NCBI RefSeq assembly: GCF_048593235.1
Contig: NC_133617.1
Location: forward strand, 627,482,958 to 627,546,957
Length of the DNA: 64,000 nucleotides
Direction: 5' to 3'
DNA from: Sminthopsis crassicaudata
Taxonomy: Eukaryota
Below, one piece after another: positions 12,167 to 28,209 of this stretch. Positions within the stretch are counted from its first letter, which is position 1. Every line of letters starts with the position of its first letter. The position numbers were made by a program, and so were the translations under genes. Below the pieces are notes generated by a model, which made no database searches, was not told the DNA's origin, and saw nothing but the letters and a program-made list of their open reading frames with translations.

Positions 12167-13654
12167 AGAAAATCCTTCAAATATTGAGAATGTTTAGGCG
12201 ACATTCCTAATCCAGATGGCTAACTACTTTTATTAAGGTTATATTTTAAAATTACAGATAAGCATTTCAGTTTTTCTTACGAAATAAAATATCAAATAAA
12301 GTTTGTTCAAAATTAAAAAAAAATAAGAAGAAGATTTATGGGAGTCAGCACAAGGGTCAGTGTCAATGCTGGAGGTTATTGCTTGGTGAGATAGCATAGG
12401 GTTTGGTGTTGGGGGTGGGTAGAGAAAAAAGTAGTCCATTGGATAGGGAATCAGAGTTTGGGTCAGGAATTAGTGGATGGATGAATAAATCAATGAATCA
12501 ATGAAATGAATGAAAGAAAAAAATTTATTAAACACTGTATTAATATACAAAGCACTGTGTTAAGAGCTTTGCAGATAGGAATAGAAAAATAAAATAATCC
12601 CTAGTCTCAGGGACCAATGCTAACAGAGGATAAAGCACTTATAGATTTCACCTTTAAGTTATACAGAAAGCTCTAGAAAAGCAGAGTGCAATAAATATTT
12701 TAAAAATATTATCAGTTTATAGTGTTAAATAATTTGACAGTGCCAAGGACTTAAGTGTCAATATTTTTTTTTCTTCTGGATTTTCAGTAGCTGTGTTAGG
12801 AGTCAGAGCTTCAGCATGCACAGATTCAGTTGCCAGATTCAAACTTCTGCAGGGATTTCCCCCAGGATGATGGCTTCATGAGCTAGCATTGAGGGCTGGT
12901 AGTCTGAGGGGTGCTATCACTACTGGAGCAATTGAGCTTTCATGCCCATCAGAGACCGGTAGTCAACCACTGATGTGTCAAAGGTGGACTCTTCCTCCAT
13001 AGTGATTATTTTCTTTACTAATTGCTGCAAGACCTTGGCTAGAAGCAGGGCTGATGGTCAGAACTATGGGTATCAGGGTCTTTAGCTATCTTCATCAAGC
13101 TTAAGAGGAGGGATGATTAGAATGGCACCATTTGTTTGACTTCCCTGCCTCTCACCTTTCCCTGAGGATGGTTTGCTGACTCAGCTGGGCCGGCCTGCCC
13201 AGTCTGTTGGTGGCAGGTGGTGACCAGCACTTAGTGGGATCCTTCCCCAAAGGAGTTGCTTCTCTGACTAATTACTGTTTGCCTGGAAGCAGGACTGGTG
13301 GTATGGGGGATGCTGATAATCCCAGGCTTTTGGAAATAGCTGTCAATGGCAGCTGGTCAACAAGTTGATCATGGTGAGAATAGTGGGCACCTTCTCCACA
13401 TTAGTTATTCCCCTTAGTGCTTAGCACTAAGCTCTAGTGCTGGAAGGGTAGTCTAATTACCTCATTTTACAAATGAGGAAACTGAGACCCAGGGAGTCAA
13501 AGTATCTTCCCCAAACTCCCACAGTGAGTGACAGGACCTGGATTGTAACGCAAGCCTTTTGATTTCAAGTCCAGTGCATTTTTCACTGTCTTGCTGCCTC
13601 CTAGGAATACCTTTCAGCCTGGGTGAGACTAACAACTCCTTGTGGTATAGCAAG

Positions 13655-14030
13655 ATAATGGAATATTATTGTTCTATAAAAATGATGAACAAACTGATTT
13701 TAGAAAGGCCTGAAAAGATTTACATGAACTGATGCAAAAAAGCAGAACCAGGAATACATTGTACACAATAACAGCAAAAATGATCAAACATGAAAGACTT
13801 GGTTCTTCTCAGTAGTTCAGTGATCCAAAGCAGTCCCAATGATCTTTGGGCAGAATATGCCATCTGCCTCTAGAAATAGAACTATGGAGGATGAATGTAA
13901 ATCAATGCATGCTATGTTTACTTTTTTCTGTTGTTTTTTTTTAATCTCATAGTTTTTACCTTTTGCTCTGTTTTTCTCTCCCACCATGATTCATAAAGTA
14001 ATGTGTGAAATAAATTTAAAAGAAAATAAA
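13655..14030 (+). mobile_element. Older LINE-1 3' fragment
   Basis: aatggaatattattgttctataaaaaatgatgaacaaactgattttagaaaggcctgaaaagatttacatgaactgatgc L1 3' motif. Confidence 0.75.
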
Positions 14031-15696
14031 ATAAGTTTTTGTTATTGAGTGAGAATAATTCTTGGTGTTGGAGAATGTCTATGATAGACAAGGTCATCTA
14101 CTAATCAAAAGAGAACTAGATTTTCTAAGCCAAGAGAAGGGGCAAATGCAAGCCTTTATATTGGAGAGCCTGGGGAAGATCTGGGGGAGAGAAGTGCCAG
14201 TTTATCTGGATATTGGGCTGAGAAAAAAGTGAGGCTTGATTGGGCAATGATCCAATGGATGGCTAGATGGTGAAGTGGACAGAACAGAGGGCTTGGAGTC
14301 AGGAAAAGCTAAATTCAAATACTGCTTCAGACACTTCCTAGTTGTGTGACTTTGATAATCTCCTAACCTCTTTTTTCCTAGGTTTCCTCAATTATAAGAT
14401 GGGGCTAAGAGTAGCATTTAATCCATAGAATTGTGAGGATCAAGTGAGATCATATTTGTAAAGCACTTATGACAGTTCCTGGCACATAACGGATGCTACA
14501 GAAATATTGCTATTATTATTGTTTCTGAAAGTTAATCATCAGATGTCCTGGAACTTTCCCCTCCTCACCAACATTTATTCAATGAAGCCTGTGAGAGAAG
14601 CAGGAAGGACAGGAAAGGTAAGGAAGAAAATAGGAGAGAGAGGAAGGTGAATAATTAGGGTAGGAACAAAGCTGAAGCTGAGTTTCTGCCTCTGTTGGGG
14701 CTGGGGAAGACTGGCCTAAGTGGATGAAAATACTGCATACTATAAAATTTCTAACCTGCTATGGGAGGAGGAATTGTCCTCAGGATTAGGCAAAGGCAAC
14801 CGACCGTTGCTGCTGTTGCAGCTGCTGTGGGGCAGAACCTTTCCCCCACACACTCACACACATGGCCACATTTCCTACCTTGGAGCAAAATCCAGGTTGC
14901 AGCTTTGAGTGAAGGACCAGACAGACCTTGACCATGGAACCTCCTTGCTGCTTCTTCACCTGGACCCTTGAAGGGATCACTAAAGGTAGGGGGTGGAGCA
15001 ACCACCTAATGAGGGAACACAAGCTTAACTGTGAAGTGTATGATCTCCTTGAATTGTGTATGCGGCCATCTCTCACCTTAATGAGCTATATTATTTTGAG
15101 CTAAGGGAGAATAGATTCACAATATAAAGCAGGAGGATGGGAGAGGGAAAGTCTATAGAGAGTATCTGGGGTAATACCTGATTTATTTTTATGAACAAAC
15201 TGAGACTCACAGAAATTGCCTGGCTCCTGCATAAATTTGGTATCTAACAGTGATATACATATAAAAGTAACAATCATTGGGGTTTGAAGTACAGACCATA
15301 AGATTCCACCCATAAGGAAACAGGTTTAAGGTAGAGAAGGGATTTGACCAAAGTCACATAGGGGGAAGCTGGGATTAACATAATTCTTCTGACTCCAAGT
15401 TTTGTACTTGTGCCATCCCATCCCATGGAGTCTCATGACAGTGATGGTGGTGGAAGAGCTTGTTTCTCCAGTTTCTTCACTTTTTCACCCAATGCTGTCT
15501 TCACAGAATGCAGTAGCCTAATTTCTAATTCCATCTATTGTGAGAACAGTGACTAGGCATGGATGGTTTCAGTTAAAGGAACCTGTATTATCCAGTAGAA
15601 AAACATTTTTCTTGGCTTCTAAACAAGTAGAACTATCCCCTTTCTGTTAGTTTCTATGTCAAGAGCTGTTTGTTGGGGAGAATATTCTTGGTATCT

Positions 15697-15725
15697 GTCT
15701 GTCTCTGTCTCTGTTTCTGTCTCTG

Positions 15726-15757
<32 letters not shown>
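15697..15757. repeat. (TCTG/TCTCTG/TC)n compound microsatellite
   Basis: Directly visible. Confidence 0.9.
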
Positions 15758-15968
15758 GTCTCTTACCAAGCTCAAATTAAAGTTTCAGTGGGTTTAGTAA
15801 TAAAACCCATCCTGACTGAAGGGAGGGAAGGGAAGGGGGAAAAGAGAAAAATGGAACCTTCCCTGAGGGTGATTTATAACTGATCCACACACCTAGAATG
15901 AGTGCAATATTCTAGAATTATCTATGACCTCATGATATATCTCCTGAGATAATACTGAAGTGGGGAAA

Positions 15969-17409
15969 ATGAAGTTGTGGCTGTGGCTTTGGCTAACAGG
16001 GGTATGGGCTGTGGGAGCAGGTAAGGAGCCCAGGTAACTGAGAGCCAGCTTCAGACAGTGGGTAAAGGTGCTGTTTGAGGAATACAGGGAATTAGGGGAA
16101 GAGACATAGTCCCTTTTTATCTCAGGAAGTATTAATGGGTCTCTCTTAAATGTTTGGGCAATTATATAAGCTTCTGTGGGGTTAAGATGACCTCCAATTC
16201 CAGTGGAGACCTTGCTTCATTTCAGATGAGCTGCCCCAAAGACATGGGAGGGTAGGTACCCTATGTAGAAATTCAGCAGTCTGAGGGTGATCTGAGGTGA
16301 CCTTGAACTGGGGAACCCTTACTTATACCCAATACCTTATGGTCCCTATATGATGCCCTCATCCTGAACAAATAGGAGCTAATAGATACGCCCCATCCTG
16401 GGACAGCTGGCCAACCTTGAATGCTCAATGACTTGGTCAGTCCCTTTAGTTTTATTACAGTATTTGCTGAGTTAAGTCAACCTCCAAGGTAGAGGTGCAC
16501 ATTTAGCTGATTTTTTCCCATTGGATTCCAGCCATTTATCCCCAGGGTTCCATGGACATGACCCCACAGGACTCTCTATTTCTTGAAGATAATCCCAACT
16601 TCTTTGATTATCCAGATTCAGCCAAGGACAAAATTCTGGCTGTCTCCAACTTCATTGGAGAGAAACCTGTTTACTTCACTTCAGATTCAGGTGCGGGTAT
16701 TTGAGAAGCCCCTTCTTTCTGAACCTCAGGAACTCAGGATCTCAAGAGGTTATTCTCCCATAGACTTATGAGTGACAGTGTAAGCAAGTCATATTTCTCT
16801 GAAACTTTTCTCTGCAAAATGGGGGTGATGCTACAGACCCGAGGGATTGTGGGAAAAAGTACTAGGAAAATTATAAGAATTTAAACTGGTACTATTCCTC
16901 AATGATCCCCATTCCTGACCCTAATTTTCCTAGATGTGCCCTTAAAGAAGACATTTGTAGAAAACTTTAAAAGGTTTACATTTTATGTACTAATACCTTA
17001 TTTCTGGCAACCCTTTGAAATAGATATCCCTGTTTTACATGAGGAAAGGGGCTCAGAAAGTGAAGGGAATTTGCCTGGCTCAGGAAACTTGTGAACCTGA
17101 CTGAACTTTTGACTCTGAAGTTTAAAATATCTGAATTTTCCTCCTCTCTCCCAAATAGGCTTCAAATCCAGATTCTTGCACCAAATACTCTTTGGTTCAT
17201 TCATCCTCCTCCTTATCATCATCCTCTACCAGTTCTTCACCCACATGTAAGGCCCTGCCACCCCGCTCAGGGCCCTCAACTCCAGACCACCAACCTCATT
17301 CTGTGATCTACGGGATCCCTGTTGCTTGTGATGGGGGAAGAGAGCAATGGCCGTTCTTAACTAATAATTCATTCTTGTGCTCTACAGGAGTTGCCAAAAG
17401 GGATCCTAA
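15969..17409 (+). CDS. FIMP1: Fertilization-influencing membrane protein (C16orf92/FIMP orthologue), 106 aa; exons 15969-16020, 16532-16690, 17159-17246, 17388-17409
   Basis: All introns are GT-AG with consistent phases (1,1,2; total 321 nt). Translation MKLWLWLWLTGVWAVGAAIYPQGSMDMTPQDSLFLEDNPNFFDYPDSAKDKILAVSNFIGEKPVYFTSDSGFKSRFLHQILFGSFILLLIIILYQFFTHMSCQKGS has a signal peptide, the FIMP FFDYPDS...FIGEKP motif, a TM segment and a QKG-type end. Syntenic position. Confidence 0.92.
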
Positions 17410-17478
17410 GGAGATAAAGAATCCACCTCTGCTCACAGCTCCTTGACCTCTCTACAAACTCCTCTCTACAAACTACTA

Positions 17479-17484
17479 AATAAA
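17479..17484 (+). terminator. Poly(A) signal of FIMP
   Basis: AATAAA 70 nt after the stop codon. Confidence 0.8.
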
Positions 17485-17552
17485 AACTCATTTCCTACTG
17501 TGGCTGTTCTACTAAGAGCATAGTCTCTTTCTTCCCATAATCACAATGCCCT

Positions 17553-17692
17553 GGGGCAGCTAGGTGGCTCAGTGGATAGAGCACCATCCCTGAAGTCAAG
17601 AGGACCTGAGTTCAAATGTGCCCTCAGAGACCTAACTCTTCCCGGCTGTGTGACCCTGGACAAGTCACTTAACCCCAATTGCCTCAGCAGAA
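17553..17692 (+). mobile_element. Young marsupial tRNA-derived SINE (WSINE1-like)
   Basis: ggggcagctaggtggctcagtggatagagcacc...gagttcaaat...gtcacttaaccccaattgcctc; near-identical copies elsewhere in the window. Confidence 0.9.
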
Positions 17693-17802
17693 ATAATTCC
17701 AATGCCCTGTCTCCCCAGCTCCTCTCTTCGTTCCCACTCCTCCCTTCCCTCTCCCCAAATAATTGAGATGAGGCCCTAATGGCATTCACGCTGATCTCAT
17801 CT

Positions 17803-17808
17803 TTTATT
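17803..17808 (-). terminator. Likely poly(A) signal of TLCD3B
   Basis: TTTATT on + (AATAAA on -), about 910 nt after the TLCD3B stop. Confidence 0.65.
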
Positions 17809-18718
17809 AGCGGTCTTTATGTAGCGCCTCCCAAGGTTCCCCCTGCTCCTGGATCTGGAGGAAGCCTCAAGAGGTCTGTAGCACCAGGGACAGGTGGGAG
17901 AGGGCAAGAAGGCCAAATCATGTAGCCTGAAGGAAGAGCCCTAGAGCCCCTCCCCCAGCTTCCCCCAAGTGGGGCCCTCAGCACTGGAGAGGCTGGGCCA
18001 GGTGGTGGTGTGGGCCTGCCCCAAGAGACTAATACAAACCTGGGGAAATAAATGAAATCCCTAAGGGTCTGTAGAGATGCTAGGCTGCCTGTGCAGGAGA
18101 GGAGCTAGCTAGCTCTAAGGGGTAGCCAACCTGACCCCCGGTGAGACACAAAGAGGTTTGGGGTACCTCTCCCACCCAGAGGGATGCATGAGATTAAGAG
18201 CTGCCCTCCCCTAGACTACAGCAGAAGGGGAAGGGAAATAGGCGCGTCCTTGGCAAAAGGGAGAGAGCCCTCCCCTGCTTTACTCCTTGATCCTCTACAA
18301 TTCCTGTTTAGTCCATCCTATCCGAAATTGCTGTGGAATAGGGCGCCTTCCTCTTTAATTTCCCTCTTCTAGGCCCCTTGCAGATTATAGTTGGAAAAAG
18401 GGTATCCCTGGAGTTATATAAGCAGGAGAGTGCCTCCTAATTTCCACTTTTCTAGTCCCTACGCAGAGGAGAATGTTGGCCATTTCAAACCCTCTGTCCC
18501 TAAGTCCCAGGCACCCTGGGGACAAGAGAGGTAGCTGTTTCCTACAAGCCTGGTCCCTGTTCTATCCCTTTATCATCTTACAGGGAGAAGCTTTCCCCCA
18601 ACTTCTCCATCCCTATCCTCAGGCCTAGGACCACTGGAAAGGCCCCTGGTCCCCATCCCTACCCTTCAGTCCTGGAGCCCAATTCCTGGAGGGAATGGGT
18701 GTCCCCACTCCACTCCCC

Positions 18719-23722
<5,004 letters not shown>

Positions 23723-23729
23723 GGCTCAA

Positions 23730-24290
23730 GGATTTGGGAAAGGGAAGAATGAGTAAAGCGATAAGGATTGGGAAAGCTGAGGCCTGTGAGGAGTTGGAAG
23801 TGAAGAAGATAGAAAAGGGGTTTGGTTAGGGACAGAAGTAGAAATGAAGAGAGAGCAGAATGAAAAAAAGAAAGAATATAGAAAGAAGAGACACAAAGAG
23901 GATGGAATGGGGAGAGAGGAAATAGAAACAGGAAGGACAAGAGAAAAAAAGAATAAAATGAAAATGGGGGAAAAAGAAAGGAAAGGAGAAATGATAGGAA
24001 CCTACGAGGAGAGAGAAAGAGGGAAGAGAAAGAAAAATAGAAGGAAGGAAAGAGATGAAGATGGAGAGGGGAGGGGATACTATAAAAGGAGAGAGAGAGA
24101 GGGATAGATAGGGGACAGAGAAAGGGTGAGGATGCAGACAGGAAAGGGACAGAGCAGGTAGGGGGTTACGCAAAGAGATAGGGAGGGCCTGAGAAAGGGG
24201 GTGGGGGTTTGTTGTTCCAACCCTAAGGGGGAGGAGGGAAAGCGGGGGAGTGGAGGGGAGGCTGGGGAGGGGCAGATGGGCAACGGGTCA
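23730..24290 (+). repeat. Polypurine low-complexity tract upstream of TLCD3B exon 1
   Basis: About 560 bp strongly dominated by G/A on the + strand. Confidence 0.8.
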
Positions 24291-26311
24291 GCACTCCGTG
24301 CTGCTCTCCCGCCTCCGCCGCCTCCTCACACTGCCACAGTCATCGCTGTCTCTCTGACAGACACGGAGATGGCACATGGCATTATATAGACCAGGCCACC
24401 CAACCCCCTGCCCCCTTGGTGGGGATCAGGGAGGGAGGGAAAGGATAGGGAGTCACCGGCTTGGGTGGGCGGGGGAGGGGTGGGGAAACGACAGCACCGA
24501 CCAGACACCAAGAAACCGGACCTGCAGCAGCGTCTCCCCATGCAGCTCTGAGCCTCAGCGGCTGCGACAGAGATGGGGGGAGCAGAGAAAGGGGGATGGG
24601 GGGGAGGCCCTTAAAGAGACAGTGGCTGCGGCAGAGGGGGCTTATGGGGACACAGACCTGATCGAGTCATAGGAAGAAAGGGAGGACTGCTCTCCGGGAA
24701 AAAGGTAGTCCTATGATCTTGCAGTTACCTAGAAGGTAGCCCCTAGCCCTAGTCCCTCTACCTCTATTCCTGACCCCATTTCTCTATCAGCACTTAGAGG
24801 ATGCCTGAAACCTCCTCCTTCCCTACCTTAAATAATGTCCCTAGCTGACTTTACCCTAGAGGGACCAGGGCTAGGAGTATGATCACTGCAGACTGGAATT
24901 CCCTTTGGTGGAAGGAGGAGGAATTGGCCTATTATCTCAGAAGTGTCACTCTCCTCTTCTCTGGAGGATTTGTCCTTGGAGAAGAAAGTTAAGGAAATTG
25001 AGTGAGAGAGAGGAACTGGGTGGGCAATAAATTGATGAAGGATTATTAGGGAACAGATAAACCCCGCTTTTCTGGAATTTCCAAAGCATGCTCCTCCCCA
25101 CTCTCTCCTCTATCATTGTAAAGTCAACCCTTCAGTTCTATCCCTTCCAACCTAGTCAATAGTAGTAGTAGAGATAATAATAATAATGGTTCAAGATAGT
25201 TCTACAAAATAAAAAGTATTTTCCCCTATTTTTCAGATGATGAAACAGATTCAGAAGTGATTTCCTCACAGATCCACAGCTAGAGACCAAGTCAGAATTT
25301 AGGTTTCCAGACTCCCAGGCCAGTGCTATTCTCACTATAATCTATCTTCTCAACCTTTGCCCCTCATCTCTAATCTGTCCTACCCTGTCTTCAAGTCTCC
25401 TGCTTCTTCCCTGTGGCCCCTTCCACCTTCCTCCCCCCACATTTCCCATTCATAATACAATTCTACCCCAGGTCTTAGCATAGCATCTTGCTGCTCCTAG
25501 ATCAATCATTCTTTGTCCCAAGACCCTCCGGAGACCTCTCAATTGCTCCATTATTTTTCTCTTCTGCCTCCCCCATCTCCCTTGCCTCAATGAGGTAAAA
25601 GACTCTGGAATTCAAGATCTTGTGCTGCCCCTCAGTGGTCAGCTGCTGGGACAGCACTCTGGATAGTCTCAGGCCTAAAGCAAGGGTGGGTTGCTTGACC
25701 CTGAATTTTAAATGTCCTCAGACCTCCTTAGGAGAACACAATTGTTCTATCGGGATCTCAGTGGTGGGGTGGGATATGATTTTAGGATAGGACTGTCTCC
25801 ACATGCTAAACTATTCAACTCACAGATGGACACACACCCATGTCCCTAGGGCAGGAGTTAGAAGTGGTGGAGTTTTGATTCCTTAATTTGGAGGAGTCAC
25901 GGGGAGTTGTTAAGATTAGAACTTTAGTTTCAGATGTTTTATAAGTTTAAGGTACAGTTTAAAAAGAAACTCCTTTTTCCTACAGCTAGAGGCTTCATAG
26001 GATCAGAGGGTCACAGATAAATTTAGAGCAGGAAAAATATGAGAGATCATTTAGTCCAACCCTATTATTATACAGAGAAGGAAATTGATGCCTGCAGGAT
26101 TAAGTGCCTTTATCTTGAATAGATCTTGGCAGGATTTCTGTGGTCAAAGACAAATTTATAGTAATTTGAGTGGGTTTTTTCCCCCAACCCACTTTCCATA
26201 CCTCACAAAAGGGAGGGACCAGATAGAAAAGCCAGGAAGATTCTAAATTCTTCCTTAAGTATCTGATTCCCACTAAGCCCTTTAACTCTGCCCTCACCCT
26301 AACCATCTTAC

Positions 26312-26436
26312 TTGGATGCCACCAAGACAGCCTCCTTTTTCTCCATTTGCAGACTGGAATGCTTCTGCAGGCTCCAGCAAAGGATGGTAAAGAACAGTGG
26401 GAAGAAAAGGCAGCCTACTACAAAAAGTAGGGACAT
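26312..26436 (-). CDS. TLCD3B: Alternative first coding exon of TLCD3B (MSLLFVVGCLFFPLFFTILCWSLQKHSSLQMEKKEAVLVASK)
   Basis: ATG at 26436, 125 nt, donor AA|GTAAGA, phase 2 matching exon 22548-22631. Same length as, and similar to, the proximal first exon; resembles the mammalian MALLFLLGCVFFP-type isoform (recalled). Confidence 0.88.
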
Positions 26437-26939
26437 ACCTGCCTGGGTGGAGGGAGCAGAAAGGGCAGTGAGTGGTAGGACATTATCTCTGAAATGCCCA
26501 GTAACTCCTATTTATTCACCTTTCTCTCCGTAGCTACTTCCTGTGTCCACACCCTGGCCATTATCTGTTACCAATAGGACTCCAATGACAACACTCTCCC
26601 AAATCACCATTCAAACAGGACCCTTCAAAGAATTCCCCTTCAACCCACTCTAACTGGTGCTTTCTTAGTTGTCCATGGCTCTTAGTTGCCCCAGAGGTCC
26701 TCCACATCTGTCTTTCAGTTGGTTTCCTTTTGCTCTGAAAACTCCAGCCTCTCACTTGGAGACACTTCCTCCCAGTACCTTTTAAACTTATCCCACCCCC
26801 CTACTCTCATCTATCCCAAGTAACCACCTTCCCTCTCTTTCACATAAATCCTCAGAGAGCCTTACTTCTGAGGGACAAGAAGAATGGAAAAGAAAAGTTA
26901 GTGATTTTCTTCTCAGCTCCAGAAATTGCAGAGGGAGTG

Positions 26940-26953
26940 GGATTAGCTAATCC
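26940..26953. promoter_or_regulatory. Perfect palindrome of two CRX/OTX2 (K50 homeodomain) sites
   Basis: GGATTAGCTAATCC, 504 bp upstream of the alternative TLCD3B ATG. Confidence 0.6.
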
Positions 26954-27599
26954 TCCTTCAAGAGATCTTTCTCCCTCTTTAACTCTCTATATACATATTT
27001 ATATTTGAAAACAAAACAAACCGAAAAACCCTAAAAACATTCCTTTTTCCTCTTAAGGAAAAGACGAGGGGAAACATCTAACATGCAATTTTTAAAAATT
27101 AAAAAGCCATCCCCTCCCCAACCCCCCCAAATCCTCTGTTATTTGGAGGGGAGGGGAGGGGGGAAACCCAAGGGTGGGAGAGTGGGTCCGTAGTCCTCCA
27201 TTCTCTTTCAGCTCAACGGTCCTCTCCTAATCTGTCCCGTCTAAGACGCGGTTGAGAGTTTAAGAGGCACAGCAAAGGCTGGAGAGGGGGCGCCGGGCGG
27301 TAGCTTTCGCTCCTGGGCGTCTACTTGCGCCAACATGCGGGGCACGGGGCCACTAGCAGCGGTTGGGAAGGGCAGAAAGGGCCCCGTGCGCGTGGACTTC
27401 GCTGGCCAGTCTATCGGGGTGAGGAGAGAGGGGAAGAGAATGCTTGTCGAGGAGGAAAGAGGATGACACTAGCTGGTCAGCCCTTCGTCCTGCCTCCTGC
27501 AGCTCCAAGTTGCAGTCTCTCTGAGATTCGGACAAGGGTTTGACTTCCTCTCCACTCCATCTTAGTGGCTGTTGGAGAGGGATAAAAGATTTTGATAAT

Positions 27600-28010
27600 A
27601 GGGATCCCTCCATCGGTGCAAATGATCATTTCTTCAAATTTTCTCATCCAGGGTAATTCTTTTCCATGTTTTTACAGAAATCCTCCATTAAAAATCCATG
27701 CATAATGCTCCCATACTCTGTTTCTTTTAATATCTCTCATGGACAAATATGCCACTTGGATTGCCCATCTACTTTCTCTCATTCTGTCTGCATGACAGGC
27801 TGTCATACTAACTGGGATAATATTTTCTCCCCATTTTGATTCTTCAAAAACCATGATGTTCCATAATGTGCAGCAGTAGAGTACAACTGGGAAAATTAAA
27901 GAGATGAGCTGTGATGACACAGAGCAGTTTGAGGTTATTGAAAGCACAGCATAATTTCTCAAATTCGATCCTACCCAATCTTCTGAGGACATTGGCTTAA
28001 ATATAGGAAC
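27600..28010 (-). mobile_element. RTE-clade LINE 3' remnant
   Basis: Minus-strand translation ...RMRESRWAIQVAYLSMRDIKRNR...KTWKRITLDE...DHLHRWRDP resembles the RTE ORF C-terminus (R.W...V..W.P...KR..GRP..W). Confidence 0.6.
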
Positions 28011-28209
28011 CATGGGCCCTTAGCCAGGGATAGAGGACACTGAACAAAGGCTGCTAAAAGTTAATTTGCCTAGAATCTTGAAAATCTAATGAAAACTCTC
28101 TAAATTAAAAAGGAAAGAGTACGGAAACATATATATATATATATATATATATTTCCAGTTGTCCCCTCCCCCAAAGGCAAGAGAGGGAAGTCTTTGGACT
28201 ATAGGTCAA

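Noticed and set aside
12780-13420. Non-repetitive-looking block that might be a processed pseudogene
   Set aside because: The minus-strand frames tried are broken by stops and no protein family was recognised; a BLASTX would be needed.
16621-16640. Possible homopolymer frameshifts in FIMP exon 2 (gacaaaatt) and in the cysteine-rich gene (tgtccccag, 40957-40965)
   Set aside because: Recounting the bases shows both frames are intact.
17553-17692. tRNA-like A/B-box heads
   Set aside because: They are SINE 5' ends repeated several times in the window, not tRNA genes.
25623-25645. CTCF-like motif (also one near 35657)
   Set aside because: Mismatches at core positions; not supportable without ChIP data.
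27672-28013. 113-aa hydrophobic minus-strand ORF (MVPIFKPMSSEDW...)
   Set aside because: Its C-terminal half and downstream sequence resemble a decayed RTE LINE 3' end; no splice or promoter support.
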